Under the pieces are notes generated by a model that saw nothing but the letters and a program-made list of their open reading frames with translations, ran no database searches and was not told where the DNA came from. From Afifellaceae bacterium (GTDB lineage: Bacteria > Pseudomonadota > Alphaproteobacteria > Rhizobiales > Afifellaceae): 64,000 bases of DNA. The translations under genes and the position numbers were made by a program. Where the stretch lies: contig OZ244173.1 of assembly GCA_965216515.1 (NCBI GenBank), positions 2,547,588 to 2,611,587 of the forward strand. The letters run 5' to 3'. Shown one piece after another: positions 18,754 through 29,824 of the stretch; positions within the stretch are counted from its first letter, which is position 1; each line of letters opens with the position of its first letter.

Positions 18754-20136
18754 TCAACGAACGCGTCCCCTCGGTTCTTCGTCGGGCGACGGTGTGTTGC
18801 CGCCGCGTTCTTCCGTCTCTCCGCCGGCTTCGCCCGCTGTGCCGTCGCCCGACGCGTCCGCCGGTCCGGCCCGTCCGGCCCGTCCGGATCTGGCGGCCCT
18901 TGCCCGGGCGGACACCCAACGCGCGCCGCCGACGATATGCCGGGGTGCCCGCAGGGCGTACTCGGTGATCACGACCAGCCAGCGCGCACCCGACAGTTGC
19001 CGGGAGGAGAAGAGCCACAGGGGGCTGGCGATCAGCGACAGGGCGATAACGGTCACCAGCAGCCGGTAGTCGGAATACGACAGAACGCCTGCCGACAGGC
19101 CTGTCGCGCCGAGAATGAACGAGAACTCGCCGATCTGCGGCAGCACGGTCGCCACCCGGATGGAGCGCACCCATGGCTGTCCCAGGCCGTGGATGATCAC
19201 CAGGTTACCGACCGTCTTGAGGATCAACACCAGGACGACCAGCGGAACCAGAACCAGCGCATTGTCAATGAGGAACCGGATGTCGATCAGCAATCCGATC
19301 GACAGGAAGAAGACCATCAGCAGGATGTCCCGCACCGGCAGGGTTGCGGCGATGAACTGCGGCCGCTGCTGGGAGTTGCCGATCAGCAGCCCGGCGACGA
19401 AGGCCCCGAACGCCACCGAGACGCCGAGAAACCCGGAGATCGTCGAGAACAGGAAGCACAGGGTCAGCGCCGCCAGTGCTGTCACCCCCGTTCCCTCTCC
19501 CAGCCCGCCGTCGAACGGCAGGCTGATCCGCTTGCGCCGGCTCATGAAGATGACGAACCAGATAAGAAAGCCCACAGCCGCAGTCAGCTTGACGAGTGTC
19601 CAGGGATCGATGGTGTTGTCGCCGCCCAGCGATCCGATGATGACCAGCATCGGGATAACCGCCAGGTCCTGTGCAATCAGGACGCCGACGGCGAGGCGGC
19701 CCACCGAGCCGCGCAGTTCGCCCACTTCCTCCAGCAGATTGATGCCGACGGCGGTGCTGCTGATGGCGAAGGCGAAGCCGAGCGCCAGGCTCAGCCCCGC
19801 CGACCAGCCGAAGATCAGCCCGAGCCCGAACGTGATCGCCAGACCGAAGGCGACCTGCAGGGCGACGATGCCCAGGGTGAGGCGGTAGACCCTCCTGAAT
19901 CCGCGCAGCGAAAGCTCCATGCCGACGACGAACATCAGCAGGATCGCGCCCAATTCGGCCAGGAACTGGATCGCCTCCTGGTTCGACAGCAGACCCAGCG
20001 CCGACGGGCCCAGAAGGATGCCGGCGACAATGTAGCCGACGAGCGGCGGCTGGCGCAGTTTCTGCATCACAAGCCCGCAGCCGAGTGCGGCCAGGAAGAC
20101 CGTCGTCAGTTCGACAAGTTGGACCTGATGTTCCAC
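18754..20136 (-). CDS. Cation:proton antiporter (CPA2 / Kef-type membrane domain, no KTN domain)
   Basis: 460 aa polytopic membrane protein (GYIVAGILLGPSALGLL..., MFVVGMELSL...). Its C-terminal tail is encoded by a 9-bp tandem repeat (18865-18888). The 616-aa plus-strand ORF 18712..20562 is an antisense artefact. Confidence 0.75.
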   Translation of the reverse strand: MEHQVQLVELTTVFLAALGCGLVMQKLRQPPLVGYIVAGILLGPSALGLLSNQEAIQFLAELGAILLMFVVGMELSLRGFRRVYRLTLGIVALQVAFGLAITFGLGLIFGWSAGLSLALGFAFAISSTAVGINLLEEVGELRGSVGRLAVGVLIAQDLAVIPMLVIIGSLGGDNTIDPWTLVKLTAAVGFLIWFVIFMSRRKRISLPFDGGLGEGTGVTALAALTLCFLFSTISGFLGVSVAFGAFVAGLLIGNSQQRPQFIAATLPVRDILLMVFFLSIGLLIDIRFLIDNALVLVPLVVLVLILKTVGNLVIIHGLGQPWVRSIRVATVLPQIGEFSFILGATGLSAGVLSYSDYRLLVTVIALSLIASPLWLFSSRQLSGARWLVVITEYALRAPRHIVGGARWVSARARAARSGRAGRAGPADASGDGTAGEAGGETEERGGNTPSPDEEPRGRVR

Positions 20137-20256
20137 ACCCGCTCCCGTTTGGACCCGCCTGCCGGCGCCGGATACAATGCCGGGATGTCCGCCCGCCCGC
20201 CGGCTGCGTCGTCCGATCGCGGCCCTCGGGTTGCACGGTCATCCGGCCGTCGGCCG

Positions 20257-21117
20257 CTAGCCGTCGATCGCCTTGCCAATGATGGCGATCGCCTTCTGGT
20301 AGACGCTGGCGGCATTCCATGCTTTCAGCGCCCGAAAATTTCGGTCCCCCGGTTGAAAACCGGCGCCGCGCCGCCAGCCATGGCTGCGCAGGAAATTGGC
20401 CGTGGAGGCCAGGGCGTCAGCCTTGGTGCGCAGATCCAGCCGGCCGTTGCCATCTCCGTCGCGGCCAAATTTCAGGACATTGCCCGGCAGAAACTGGGTT
20501 TGGCCCACCTCGCCGTGCTTGGCGCCGACGGTCTTGCCCGACAGCACCCCGTGATCGACTAGTTGCAGCGCGGCGTAGAGATGGCCGGTGAAGAACGCTG
20601 GCCGGCGGCAGTCGTAGGCGAGGGTCGCGGTTGCCGACAACAGATTGGAATCGCCCATGAAACGCCCGAACGCCGTTTCCATGCCCCAGATCGCGATCAG
20701 CGGCCCGGCCGGCACGCCGTATTGCCGTTCCAGGCTGGCAAACAGGCCGGCGTTGGATTTCTTCAGCTTCCGGCCCTGGGCGATGATCGTCTTGGCGCCG
20801 CGCACCCGCATGAATTTCTCGAGTGAATATTTAAAGCTCTTCTGGCCTCGGTCGGCACGGATTGTGGCGTTGGCATAGCGCGTGCCGGCGAGCGCCGACA
20901 GCCCCCGCTTCCCGATTCCCCGCCGTTTGGCCTCAACGGCGAATTCGCGCTTCCATGTATCGAATCCGGAGGCGTTGTTGCCGCATCGCGCCGCCGCCTC
21001 GCCGGCCGGCAGGACGAGGAAGACCGCCAGGCAGACCGTGGCGAGTCGCGGATGGGGGCGGAGAAGGGCCGCAGCCGGGAATCTGCAGCGGGACAGGACG
21101 GGATGGGCTTTGCGCAT
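20257..21117 (-). CDS. Lytic murein transglycosylase (MltB / SLT_2 family) with signal peptide
   Basis: The C-terminal 286 aa of ORF 20257..22356 carry the domain, beginning MRKAHPVLSR...LAVFLVLPAGEAAARC (signal peptide), with IWGMETAFG and YDCRRPAFFTG motifs. The start is placed at ATG 21117. The upstream part of the track ORF overlaps gshB on another frame. Confidence 0.75.
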   Translation of the reverse strand: MRKAHPVLSRCRFPAAALLRPHPRLATVCLAVFLVLPAGEAAARCGNNASGFDTWKREFAVEAKRRGIGKRGLSALAGTRYANATIRADRGQKSFKYSLEKFMRVRGAKTIIAQGRKLKKSNAGLFASLERQYGVPAGPLIAIWGMETAFGRFMGDSNLLSATATLAYDCRRPAFFTGHLYAALQLVDHGVLSGKTVGAKHGEVGQTQFLPGNVLKFGRDGDGNGRLDLRTKADALASTANFLRSHGWRRGAGFQPGDRNFRALKAWNAASVYQKAIAIIGKAIDG

Positions 21118-21245
21118 GGTGGGTTCCTGTTCGATTCGCCCTTCGGGCGTTTCGGCGGAGACTATTTCGGCCTCGGGCGTTCCGCAATCGGGCGTTTGCC
21201 GGCGCACAGCCTTTTGAAGCCGGCCCGATCGCCGAACCGGCCCGC

Positions 21246-22190
21246 TTATCCGCTGCGCCGGGCTTCGACCGTGTCCCAGACCATGGCGGCGACGTCCCTG
21301 CCGCCGAACCGGGCGACTTCGCGCACGCCGGTTGGCGAGGTCACGTTGATTTCCGTCAGCCGGTCGCCGATCACGTCGATGCCGACCAGGATGAAACCCC
21401 GGCGTTTCAGCTCCGGTTTGAGCCGTTCGCAGATCTCGATGTCGTGATCGGTCAGGTCGCACGGTTCCGCCCGCCCGCCCGCGTGCATGTTGGAGCGGGC
21501 GTCCCCCAGCGCCGGTACCCGGTTGATGGCGCCGGCCACTTCGCCGTCGACGAGAAGGATGCGTTTGTCGCCCGCCCGCACCGCCGGCAGATAGCGCTGG
21601 ATGATGAACGGTTCGCGGAACGTCGTCTCGAACAGTTCCAGCAGTGCGGAAAGGTTCTCGTCCCCCTCCCGCAGGCGAAACACCGCCGCCCCGCCATTGC
21701 CGTAGAGCGGCTTGATGATGATGTCGCCATGGGCCTCGCGGAATTCGCGGATCGTTGCGGTATCGCGGGTGATCACGGTCTCCGGCATCAGGTCGGCATA
21801 GTCCATCACGAACAGTTTTTCCGGCGCATTGCGCACATGGGCCGGATCGTTGACGACCAGGGTCCGCGGGTGAATGCGCTCCAGGAGGTGGGTCGTGGAG
21901 ATGTAGGACATGTCGAACGGCGGATCCTGGCGCAGGAACACCACATCGCATTCGCCGAGATCCATCGCCCGCCGGTCTTCCAGCGCGTAGTGCCGCCCGG
22001 CCTTGTCGGCCACCTTCACCGGCTCCACGCCGGCCTCCACCCGCTTGCCGTTGAGCGACAGCCGGTCCGGCGTGAAATGCAACAGCCTGTGGCCGCGTCG
22101 CTGCCCTTCCAGCATCAGCGCGAACGTGGTGTCGCCGGCAATGTCGATGCCGGAAATATGGTCCATCTGAAAGGCGGCGATTAAGGCCAT
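21246..22190 (-). CDS. gshB: Glutathione synthetase
   Basis: 314 aa ATP-grasp protein ([47 protein letters not shown]). Confidence 0.9.
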   Translation of the reverse strand: MALIAAFQMDHISGIDIAGDTTFALMLEGQRRGHRLLHFTPDRLSLNGKRVEAGVEPVKVADKAGRHYALEDRRAMDLGECDVVFLRQDPPFDMSYISTTHLLERIHPRTLVVNDPAHVRNAPEKLFVMDYADLMPETVITRDTATIREFREAHGDIIIKPLYGNGGAAVFRLREGDENLSALLELFETTFREPFIIQRYLPAVRAGDKRILLVDGEVAGAINRVPALGDARSNMHAGGRAEPCDLTDHDIEICERLKPELKRRGFILVGIDVIGDRLTEINVTSPTGVREVARFGGRDVAAMVWDTVEARRSG

Positions 22191-22261
22191 GTTTCAAGTG
22201 CGCCCCGTGTGTTGTCCGGTCTGTTCCGCCCGGCCGTTTCGTCGCCGTGCAATCGCACAGC

Positions 22262-22636
22262 TCACCAGCCGCTGCCAGAAAAAACATTCTCCACATGGAC
22301 CGGCAGGCGAAACGGCGCAACAAGGACCTGATCGAACCGCAACACATGATCGCCAATGGTCGACAGGTGTCGGCTCGCCCAGATGTCGGCCGCTGCCTCG
22401 ATCCGCCGCTCGCCTGTCCATGTCAGCGCCTGCGCCGCCGCGTCCAGGTTTCTGCGCGCCTTGACCTCCACAAAGGCGATGGTGGCGCCGCGCCGGACAA
22501 CAATGTCGATCTCGCCGGCCGGCGTCCGGTAGCGGCGGGACAGCACCCGATAGCCCTTGGCGACAAGCAGGGCCATCGCCACATGCTCCGCTCTCAGGCC
22601 GTAGCGATAGGCGCGCCGGCGCCCGCTCATGTCCAC
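22262..22636 (-). CDS. yraN: YraN family (UPF0102) putative endonuclease
   Basis: 124 aa (...AEHVAMALLVAKGYRVLSRRYRTPAGEIDIVV...). It lies between rsmI and gshB on the same strand. Confidence 0.75.
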   Translation of the reverse strand: MDMSGRRRAYRYGLRAEHVAMALLVAKGYRVLSRRYRTPAGEIDIVVRRGATIAFVEVKARRNLDAAAQALTWTGERRIEAAADIWASRHLSTIGDHVLRFDQVLVAPFRLPVHVENVFSGSGW

Positions 22637-22654
22637 CCGGCCATGTCAATCCGG

Positions 22655-23596
22655 TTACGGCGCATCCCCGCCCGTCCCGTCTGCCGCCCTCAGCGCCAGC
22701 GCCCGCTTGTAGACCAGGCGCCGCGGCCGGCCCGATGATACGCTCACTGCATCGGCGGCATCGCGCAGGCTCATCGACGAAAGCGCCCTGGCAAGCTGTC
22801 GATCGACTTCCTGGTCGTCGGCCTGGTCCGGTTCCCGGTCCGGCGGCCCGATGACCAGCACGATTTCGCCGCGCGCCTTGTCGGCGTCCGGCCCGTCATT
22901 GCCATATCGCGCCGCCAGCCTGCCGAGCGTGTCGCGGTCGAATGTTTCGTGGCGCTTGGTCAGTTCCCGGCACAGTGCCGCAGGCCGGTCGTTGCCCAGC
23001 CCCGCGGCGAGATCGCCAAGCGCCCCGCCAAGCCGCTGCGGCGCCTCAAACAGCACCAGCGTCGCCGCCACCGGCGCCAGACCGGCGATCGCCTTTTGCC
23101 GGGCCACCGGCTTGTTCGGCAGGAAACCGGCAAACAGAAATCGGTTGGTCGGCAGGCCGGCGCCGGCCAGCGCGGCCAATACGGCGGACGGACCGGGAAC
23201 CGGAAAGACGGGCACGTCTGCCGCGATCGCGGCGCCGACCAGCCGATAGCCGGGATCGGAGACAAGCGGGGTTCCGGCATCCGAAGCAAGCGCTGCCGAC
23301 CCGCCGGCCTGCAGCGATGCCACGATGCGCTCCCGGTCCCGTTCGGTGCTGTGGTCGTTGTAGGTGATCAGCGGCCGGCGGATTCCGTAATGGCGCAGCA
23401 GTTTCTGCGTGACCCGCCGATCCTCGCACACGATAGTGTCGGCGGCTGCAAGCGTTTCCGCCGCCCGCACCGTCAGATCGCCCAAATGGCCGATCGGCGT
23501 GGCCACGAGATAGAGCCCCGGCGCCAGGCCCGCGCCGACGATTTCCGTCCCCCGGATGCTGAAGGTCCGCCGGTTGTCATCTCGCCGGTTCGCCAT
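22655..23596 (-). CDS. rsmI: 16S rRNA (cytidine1402-2'-O)-methyltransferase RsmI
   Basis: 313 aa tetrapyrrole-methylase fold (LYLVATPIGHLGDLTVRAAETLAAADTIVCEDRRVT) with an acidic C-terminal tail. Confidence 0.85.
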   Translation of the reverse strand: MANRRDDNRRTFSIRGTEIVGAGLAPGLYLVATPIGHLGDLTVRAAETLAAADTIVCEDRRVTQKLLRHYGIRRPLITYNDHSTERDRERIVASLQAGGSAALASDAGTPLVSDPGYRLVGAAIAADVPVFPVPGPSAVLAALAGAGLPTNRFLFAGFLPNKPVARQKAIAGLAPVAATLVLFEAPQRLGGALGDLAAGLGNDRPAALCRELTKRHETFDRDTLGRLAARYGNDGPDADKARGEIVLVIGPPDREPDQADDQEVDRQLARALSSMSLRDAADAVSVSSGRPRRLVYKRALALRAADGTGGDAP

Positions 23597-23764
23597 GGCC
23601 GTGCCTTTTTTATTGGCAATTCCGATATCGGGCGCGCGATTGCTTGCCGCCCGGTTCGTTTGTCCTTAGATTTCGACCCGTTGGGGCAGGGTCCGGGTAT
23701 GATTATCCCCAAGGCGATACAGGGAATCCATAGGCCGGGACCGAATTTTGAAAAGGAGAGGTGT

Positions 23765-24967
23765 GTGAACGCCCGTATATCCGCCAGTCTTCGCGGTATC
23801 CGCCCTGGCGCGTTTTTTGTCGTGCTGGTGACGATTTTCCTCGCCGCCTGCATTCAGGTCCCGCTCGGCGGTCGCGGCCCCCAGCTGACAACACCCGGTC
23901 AGCCCAGCGGCGAAGTGTTGGGTTCCGGTTCCGTCCGTGTGGCCCTGCTTCTTCCCACCAGCGCCACCGGCAACGCCGGAACCACCGCCCGCGCCTTCCG
24001 CAATGCCGCCGATCTGGCGCTGCGCGATTTCCCCCAGGCCGGTATCCAGGTCGTTGTCCATGATACCGGCGGCACCGCCGAGGGCGCCCGCCAGGCGACC
24101 AGCGTTGCCCTGCGCGAGGGCGCCGAGTTGATTCTCGGACCGCTATTTTCCAGTTCGGTGAAGGCGATGGCGCCCCAGGCGCGCCGCGCCGGCGTGCCGG
24201 TGGTCGCCTTCTCCTCCGATCCCTCGGCCGCCTCGCCGGGCGTATATCTGCTGTCGTTCACGCCCGGCAACGATATCCGCCGCATCATCGCCTATTCGGC
24301 CGCCCAGGGCCGTCGCTCCTTTGCCGGCCTGTTGCCGAACATCGCCCAGGGCGCCATCGCCGAAGCGGCCTTTCGCGAGACCGCGACCCGGGTCGGTGGC
24401 CGCATTGTCGCCATCGAGCGTTACGAACTCGACCAGCAGGACATTCGCACCAAGGCGACCACGATCGCCGGCCTGGCGGACCAGATCGACGCCCTGCTGA
24501 TCGCCGACGCCGGCGATGCGGTGCCGCTGATCGGCGACATCGTCGCCAACGCATCCGCCAATGTCTCCCAGCAGAAGGTCAAGCTGCTCGGCAATGGCCA
24601 GTGGGACGATCAACGTGTTCTGAACGATGCCAACCTGCGTGGCGGCTGGTTTGCCGGACCCGACAACAGCGGTTTTTCGGCATTTGCCGGCCGCTATTCC
24701 AGCGCCTTCGGCGGCCAGCCCCCGCGCCAGGCCACGCTTGCCTATGATGCCACGGTGCTCGCTGTCGGCCTTGTCCGGCAGTTCGGCGCCGAGCGGTTTT
24801 CCCGTTCCGTGCTGACCAATCCCAACGGCTTTTCCGGCGTTGATGGCGTATTCCGCTTCCGCAGCAACGGCATCACCGAGCGGCAGCTCGCCGTCTACGA
24901 GGTGACCGGTTCGGGTGCCCGTGTGGTCGATCCGGCGCCGCGCAGCTTTGCGTCCGGCGGCACCTGA
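23765..24967 (+). CDS. LpoA/LppC-family lipoprotein (penicillin-binding protein activator-like, periplasmic-binding fold)
   Basis: RBS AAGGAG at 23753-58, then GTG 23765 (MNARISASLRG...). The lipobox LAAC (FLAACIQ) is followed by a PBP-fold domain. It is divergent from rsmI, as lpoA/yraM is from rsmI/yraL in enterics. The track ORF's N-terminal 272 aa are antisense to rsmI. Confidence 0.65.
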   Translation: MNARISASLRGIRPGAFFVVLVTIFLAACIQVPLGGRGPQLTTPGQPSGEVLGSGSVRVALLLPTSATGNAGTTARAFRNAADLALRDFPQAGIQVVVHDTGGTAEGARQATSVALREGAELILGPLFSSSVKAMAPQARRAGVPVVAFSSDPSAASPGVYLLSFTPGNDIRRIIAYSAAQGRRSFAGLLPNIAQGAIAEAAFRETATRVGGRIVAIERYELDQQDIRTKATTIAGLADQIDALLIADAGDAVPLIGDIVANASANVSQQKVKLLGNGQWDDQRVLNDANLRGGWFAGPDNSGFSAFAGRYSSAFGGQPPRQATLAYDATVLAVGLVRQFGAERFSRSVLTNPNGFSGVDGVFRFRSNGITERQLAVYEVTGSGARVVDPAPRSFASGGT

Positions 24968-25017
24968 ACGGCGGCTGTACGATTGCGTGCATGAGGGCGT
25001 ATGCGCGGTCCGGGCGT

Positions 25018-25464
25018 TCAGCTTGCGGCCTGCCGCGCACCGATGCCGGGATCCGGATCGCCGGCGAACCGCTCCGCGGCGACCATGCCGGCCACCATCG
25101 CCGCGACGAAGAGCGCTGTTTCCCAGCGCCCCCACGCAAGACCGGCGATTGCCGGACCGGGACAGAAACCCGAAAGCCCCCAGCCGATGCCGAACAGCGC
25201 CGAACCGCCGATCAGCTTGGCGTCGAGGCGCGTCGCGTCCGGCAGCACGAACCGGTCGGCGTAAAGCGGTTTGCCTCGCGCCTGGACGATGCGAAAGCCG
25301 AGGAAGGCGACCACCGATGCGCCGGCCATCACCAGGATCAGGCTAGGGTCCCACCCGCCGGCGAGGTCGAGGAAGCCGGCGATCTTGGCCGGGTTGGTCA
25401 TGTCGGCGATCACAAGCCCGACACTGAAGACGAATCCGGAAAGGAAGGAAAACAGCGTCCGCAT
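25018..25464 (-). CDS. YeeE/YedE family membrane protein (second of a split pair; putative thiosulfate/sulfur-compound transporter component)
   Basis: Start at ATG 25464 (MRTLFSFLSGFVFSVGLVIADMTNPAKIAGFLD). It lies 2 nt downstream of the preceding paralog's stop. Confidence 0.7.
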   Translation of the reverse strand: MRTLFSFLSGFVFSVGLVIADMTNPAKIAGFLDLAGGWDPSLILVMAGASVVAFLGFRIVQARGKPLYADRFVLPDATRLDAKLIGGSALFGIGWGLSGFCPGPAIAGLAWGRWETALFVAAMVAGMVAAERFAGDPDPGIGARQAAS

Positions 25465-25466
25465 GG

Positions 25467-25901
25467 TCAGGCGCCCGGGATCATGTGCCGGGTAACGAAA
25501 ACGGTAAGCGCCGCCACGCCGACAAATACGCCGGTCGCAACCAGCGAACGCCGTGAAAGCCGGGCGATGCCGCACACCCCGTGGCCGCTTGTGCAGCCCG
25601 ATCCGATGACCGTTCCGACCCCGACCATCGCTCCGGCGGCGGCGAGCGTCACCGGTCCGGCGATGAGCGTTTGCTCCGGCAGGCCGGCGCGCGCCGACAA
25701 GGCGAGCGGCCCGGCCAGCATCCCCACCAGAAAGGCGCCGCGCTCGCCGCGAAATCCCTGCGGATTGAGACTGACGAGCGTCTTCAGGATCGTGCTGATC
25801 CCGGCAAGCCGCCCGTTGGCAAGCAGCAGCAGCACAGCCGCCAACCCGATTACGATTCCGCCCGACAGCGCCGCCACCGGTGTAAATTGCGTTTCAAGCA
25901 C
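25467..25901 (-). CDS. YeeE/YedE family membrane protein (first of a split pair)
   Basis: 144 aa (...GSGCTSGHGVCGIARLS...), the conserved Cys-containing motif of YeeE/YedE. Confidence 0.7.
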   Translation of the reverse strand: MLETQFTPVAALSGGIVIGLAAVLLLLANGRLAGISTILKTLVSLNPQGFRGERGAFLVGMLAGPLALSARAGLPEQTLIAGPVTLAAAGAMVGVGTVIGSGCTSGHGVCGIARLSRRSLVATGVFVGVAALTVFVTRHMIPGA

Positions 25902-26002
25902 TGGAGTCTCCCGAACTGTCTCTCACTGCCGCCGGCCACCGGTCGTCACTCCGGCAATGAACGCCGGGGGGAGGCTGCCGGGACAGGATTGCTCATATCG
26001 GT

Positions 26003-27205
26003 CTAGGCGGCGAGATCCGCAACCACGGAATCCAGAACCGCCGCGCCGGCCGGCGTCGCCCTCAGCCGGTCGCCGTCGGCCGCCTCCAGCATGCCGTGTT
26101 CGCGCAACGCCGCGATCCGCGCCGGATCGATCGCCCGTCCGCTGAGCGCCGCGTAGCGCGCCTGCGAGATGCCTTCCGTCAGCCGCATGCCCATCAGCAG
26201 ATATTCGTCGCCGCATTCTTCAAGGCTGAGAACCGTGTCGGCCAGCCAGCCGGCACCTGTCTGCTCGACCCGTTCAAGCCAGTCGTCCGGCGCGGCTGTG
26301 CAGACGGTTGCCACCTTGGTTCCCGCTTCCGAAAACCGGCCGTGGGCGCCGGGTCCGACGCCGACATAGTCGTTGTAGCGCCAGTAGGTCATGTTGTGCC
26401 GGCTTTCGTCGCCGGGCCGGGCATAGTTGGAGATTTCGTAGCGGCGAAACCCCGCGTCCTGGCATAGCGACACCGTGGCGGCGTCGAAATCGGCAAGACG
26501 CGCCGGCGCCGGCACGGCGAGTTTCCCGGCCCGGTGGAGCGCGTGATACGGCGTCCCCGGCTCGATGGTCAGCTGGTAGAGCGACAGGTGTCCGCCGGCA
26601 AACGCGAAGGCTTCGGCGAGTTCCGCCTCCCACGCGGGAAGTGATTGGCCGGGCCGGGCATAGATCAGGTCGAAGGAAAACCGGTCGAATGTCGACGCCG
26701 CCACATCCACGGCCTGCCGCGCCGCGGCGACATCGTGCAGACGCCCCAGGGTTTTCAGATCCGCGTCGTTGAGGGCCTGGACCCCGATCGACACCCGGTT
26801 GACGCCGGCCGCGCGATAACCGGCGAAGCGCCCGGCCTCGACACTCGACGGATTGGCCTCGAGCGTGATCTCGGCATCCCCGGCAACGGTCCAGCCCGCG
26901 CCGACGGCATCGAGGATCGCCGCCACCGTCGCCGGCGCCATCAATGACGGCGTGCCGCCGCCCAGAAAGACGCTGGTGACCGTGCGCCCCGGTGTGCGCG
27001 CCGCAGTCGCCGAAAGCTCGCGGGCGAAGGCTTGCGCGAAAGCGGCCTCGTCGACCGGTGCGTGGCTGACATGGGAATTGAAATCGCAATAGGGACACTT
27101 GGCGGCACAGAATGGCCAGTGAATATAGACCCCGAACGCGGTCTGCGCCTGCGGCGGCAGCGGCGGCGCCGGAATGCCGGCCCCGCCGCCGGTCGCGCTA
27201 CCCAT
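26003..27205 (-). CDS. hemW: Radical SAM heme chaperone HemW (coproporphyrinogen III oxidase-like)
   Basis: The track ORF 26003..27625 contains HemW. The start is placed at ATG 27205 (MGSATGG...[22 protein letters not shown], radical SAM CxxxCxxC). The upstream 140 aa are Arg-rich and overlap rdgB. Confidence 0.85.
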   Translation of the reverse strand: MGSATGGGAGIPAPPLPPQAQTAFGVYIHWPFCAAKCPYCDFNSHVSHAPVDEAAFAQAFARELSATAARTPGRTVTSVFLGGGTPSLMAPATVAAILDAVGAGWTVAGDAEITLEANPSSVEAGRFAGYRAAGVNRVSIGVQALNDADLKTLGRLHDVAAARQAVDVAASTFDRFSFDLIYARPGQSLPAWEAELAEAFAFAGGHLSLYQLTIEPGTPYHALHRAGKLAVPAPARLADFDAATVSLCQDAGFRRYEISNYARPGDESRHNMTYWRYNDYVGVGPGAHGRFSEAGTKVATVCTAAPDDWLERVEQTGAGWLADTVLSLEECGDEYLLMGMRLTEGISQARYAALSGRAIDPARIAALREHGMLEAADGDRLRATPAGAAVLDSVVADLAA

Positions 27206-27839
27206 CGCCGGCGCCGAGGCAGGCCGCGGCAAATCGTGCAAACGCCCGCGCCCGGTGCGAAAGGCCCGGTCCGTCGCCGGTGCCATGCTTTTCGGCTGGC
27301 GCCATCTCGCCGAAGGTGCGCGCATGGCCGTCGGGCCGGAACATCGGATCGTAGCCGAAGCCCTTCCCGCCCTGCGGCGGCCAGACGAGCACGCCCTCCA
27401 CACCGCCCTTGAAATAGGCCGGCGCCGCGCCCGGCACGACCAGTGCCAGCACGCACACGAACGCCGCACGCCGGTCCTGCGGGCGGGTCGCACCGGCGGC
27501 CTGCAGTTTCTCCTCCAGATTGCGCATCGCTTGCGCGAAATCGCGCGCCGGTCCCGCCCACCGCGCCGAATGGATGCCGGGTGCGCCGTCGAGCGCATCC
27601 ACGGCCAGCCCGGAATCGTCGGCAAGCGCGGCGAGCCCCGTCGCCCTGGCCGCCGCGTCCGCCTTCAAGAACGCGTTCTGCGCGAATGTCGCGCCGGTCT
27701 CCTCCGGTTCCGGCAGATCGAGTTCGGCGGCCGAAACCACCGTGACGCCGAACGGATCGACGAGATCGCGGATTTCGCGAAGCTTGCCGGCATTGTGGCT
27801 GGCCAGCACCAGCCGCCGGCCGTCCAGTCGCGTCGCCAT
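27198..27839 (-). CDS. rdgB: Non-canonical purine NTP pyrophosphatase RdgB (dITP/XTP pyrophosphatase)
   Basis: Start at ATG 27839 ([23 protein letters not shown]), with the Ham1 motif FGYDPMF. Its 3' end overlaps the hemW start by 8 nt. Confidence 0.85.
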   Translation of the reverse strand: MATRLDGRRLVLASHNAGKLREIRDLVDPFGVTVVSAAELDLPEPEETGATFAQNAFLKADAAARATGLAALADDSGLAVDALDGAPGIHSARWAGPARDFAQAMRNLEEKLQAAGATRPQDRRAAFVCVLALVVPGAAPAYFKGGVEGVLVWPPQGGKGFGYDPMFRPDGHARTFGEMAPAEKHGTGDGPGLSHRARAFARFAAACLGAGDG

Positions 27840-27885
27840 CGGCGATTTCGGCGAAGAGGTCGGGTTGTCGCGCACCGGCGGGTCC

Positions 27886-28608
27886 TCAGGCGACAGCCAT
27901 CTTCTGCAGATCGACGAGGCGGCCGATCCCCGCCTTGGCAAAGGACAGCAACTCCAGGAATGCCTCCTGGCTGAACGGCTCGCCCTCTGCGGTTCCCTGG
28001 ATTTCGACAATCCCGCCGGCGCCGGTCATGACGAAATTGGCGTCGGTCTCCGCTGCCGAATCCTCCTCATAGTCCAGGTCCATCACGGCCGCCCCATTGA
28101 AGATGCCGCAGGAGATTGCCGCGACATGGTCGTTCAGCACCCCCTCGCCGATCATCTCGCGGGTCCGCATCCAGGCGAGCGCATCGTGCAGCGCCACCCA
28201 GGCGCCGGTGATCGCCGCCGTCCGCGTCCCGCCGTCGGCCTGGATGACATCGCAATCGACAGCGATCTGTCGTTCGCCGAGCGCCCGCCGGTCGACCACC
28301 GCCCGCAGCGAGCGGCCGATCAGGCGCTGGATTTCCAGCGTCCGGCCGCCCTGCTTGCCGATCGCCGCTTCCCGGCGCATCCGCTCGCCGGTTGCCCGCG
28401 GCAGCATGCCGTATTCCGCTGTCACCCAGCCCGCACCGCCGCCACGCAGCCAGTGCGGCACCTGATCCGCGACACTGGCGGTACACAAGACGTGGGTGTC
28501 GCCGAAACGGACCAGGCACGAACCCTCTGCATGTTTGGATACGTTGCGCTCCAGAGATATGGCGCGCATTTCATCGGCGTCCCGTCCGGATGGTCGCAAG
28601 CTCGCCAT
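27886..28608 (-). CDS. rph: Ribonuclease PH
   Basis: Start at ATG 28608 ([30 protein letters not shown], compare E. coli [27 protein letters not shown]). An AGGAG RBS lies upstream. Confidence 0.9.
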   Translation of the reverse strand: MASLRPSGRDADEMRAISLERNVSKHAEGSCLVRFGDTHVLCTASVADQVPHWLRGGGAGWVTAEYGMLPRATGERMRREAAIGKQGGRTLEIQRLIGRSLRAVVDRRALGERQIAVDCDVIQADGGTRTAAITGAWVALHDALAWMRTREMIGEGVLNDHVAAISCGIFNGAAVMDLDYEEDSAAETDANFVMTGAGGIVEIQGTAEGEPFSQEAFLELLSFAKAGIGRLVDLQKMAVA

Positions 28609-28691
28609 CGGCACTCCTGATCCTGACCGGTTTGGTCGCATTTTTCCCAGCCATCGGCTTATCGGTCCGGCCCGCCGCCGTAAAGCCACAT

Positions 28692-28720
28692 CTTGCCTTT
28701 GCCGGCCCGACGATCAATAT
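28692..28720 (+). promoter_or_regulatory. Putative sigma32(RpoH)-like promoter upstream of hrcA: CTTG-N18-TCAATAT
   Basis: Its architecture parallels the dnaK (42881-42909) and grpE (30026-30055) upstream elements. Its -10 is weaker than the CTTG-N17/18-CYTATNT consensus. Confidence 0.3.
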
Positions 28721-28756
28721 GGGAGGGGGCATATTTTACGCGTTGGAGAATCTGGC

Positions 28757-29821
28757 TTGCGTCCCCTCGACCACAACAGCCTTGCCGCACTGGACGACCG
28801 GTCGCGGGAAATTTTCCGCCGGATCGTCGATGCCTATCTGAAGACCGGCACCCCGGTCGGCTCGCGCAATGTCAGCCGCATCCTGTCGGCGGCGCTGTCG
28901 CCGGCCTCGGTACGCAATGTCATGGCCGATCTGGAGGCACTTGGCCTGATCTATGCGCCCCACACCAGTGCCGGCCGGATGCCGACGGAACTGGGCCTGC
29001 GCTTTTTCATCGATTCCATGATGGAAGTGGGTGATCTCAGCGCCGAGGTCCGCAAGGCCATCGATTCGGAAGTGCGGGCAGCCGGCGAAAGCCCGCCCGA
29101 CACGTTTTTGGCCGATGCCAGCCAGATGCTTTCCGGCCTCTCCCACGGCGCCGGCGTCGTGTTGGCCTCCAGCCAGGACATGCGGCTGAAGCATATCGAA
29201 TTTGTCCGCATCGAGGCGGAGCGTGCGCTGGTCGTGCTGGTCGACGAATCCGGTCACGTCGAAAACCGCATCATCACCATTCCAAAGGGCCTGCCGACGG
29301 CGGCACTGGTGGAAGCATCGAATTTTCTGAATGACCATCTGCGCGGCCGCACCCTGGCGGAAGCGCGGGCCGAGCTTCAAGCCCGGTCCGATGCGCAGCG
29401 CCGGGAGCTCGACAGCCTTACCAAGCGGCTGGTCGATGAGGGTTTGGCGGCCTGGTCGGGGGCCCGCGACGACGCGGCGACCCTGATCGTGCGCGGCCGT
29501 TCCAATCTCCTCGATGACGTCACCGAGACCGAGGATATGGAGCGCATCCGGCTGCTCTTCGACGATCTGGAGGCCAAGAAGGATATCATCCAGCTCCTGG
29601 GTCTGACCGAAGGCGGCGAAGGTGTGCGCATTTTCATCGGTTCGGAGAACAAGCTGTTTTCGCTGTCCGGGTCGTCGCTGGTGGTGGCGCCCTTCCGCGA
29701 TACCGCCGATCGTGTCGTCGGCGTCCTCGGTGTCATCGGCCCGACCCGGCTCAACTATGCCAAGGTGGTGCCGGCGGTGAACTACACCGCCCAGCTCGTC
29801 AGCCAGATTTTCGGGCGCTAG
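28757..29821 (+). CDS. hrcA: Heat-inducible transcription repressor HrcA
   Basis: Start at TTG 28757 ([41 protein letters not shown]), with a GGAGA RBS 7 nt upstream. This gives 354 aa. The track ORF start at 28496 would overlap divergent rph by about 110 bp. Confidence 0.8.
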   Translation: MRPLDHNSLAALDDRSREIFRRIVDAYLKTGTPVGSRNVSRILSAALSPASVRNVMADLEALGLIYAPHTSAGRMPTELGLRFFIDSMMEVGDLSAEVRKAIDSEVRAAGESPPDTFLADASQMLSGLSHGAGVVLASSQDMRLKHIEFVRIEAERALVVLVDESGHVENRIITIPKGLPTAALVEASNFLNDHLRGRTLAEARAELQARSDAQRRELDSLTKRLVDEGLAAWSGARDDAATLIVRGRSNLLDDVTETEDMERIRLLFDDLEAKKDIIQLLGLTEGGEGVRIFIGSENKLFSLSGSSLVVAPFRDTADRVVGVLGVIGPTRLNYAKVVPAVNYTAQLVSQIFGR

Positions 29822-29824
29822 CGC

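Noticed and set aside
18865-18888. 9-bp tandem repeat (TCCGGCCCG x2.6)
   Set aside because: It is in-frame inside the C-terminal tail of the CPA2 antiporter and codes a (GRA)n-like low-complexity tail. It is a coding microsatellite, not a regulatory element or CRISPR.
18712-20562. 616-aa plus-strand ORF. Similar long ORFs occur at 39..1421 +, 9154..10698 -, 13048..14619 -, 13886..15172 -, 28736..30682 -, 41435..43399 -, 46450..48594 - and 57172..58824 -.
   Set aside because: All are antisense or out-of-frame shadows of strongly supported genes in a high-GC genome. Their translations are Arg/Pro/Gly/Asp-rich with no recognisable motifs, and each is fully overlapped by a gene with clear family signatures.
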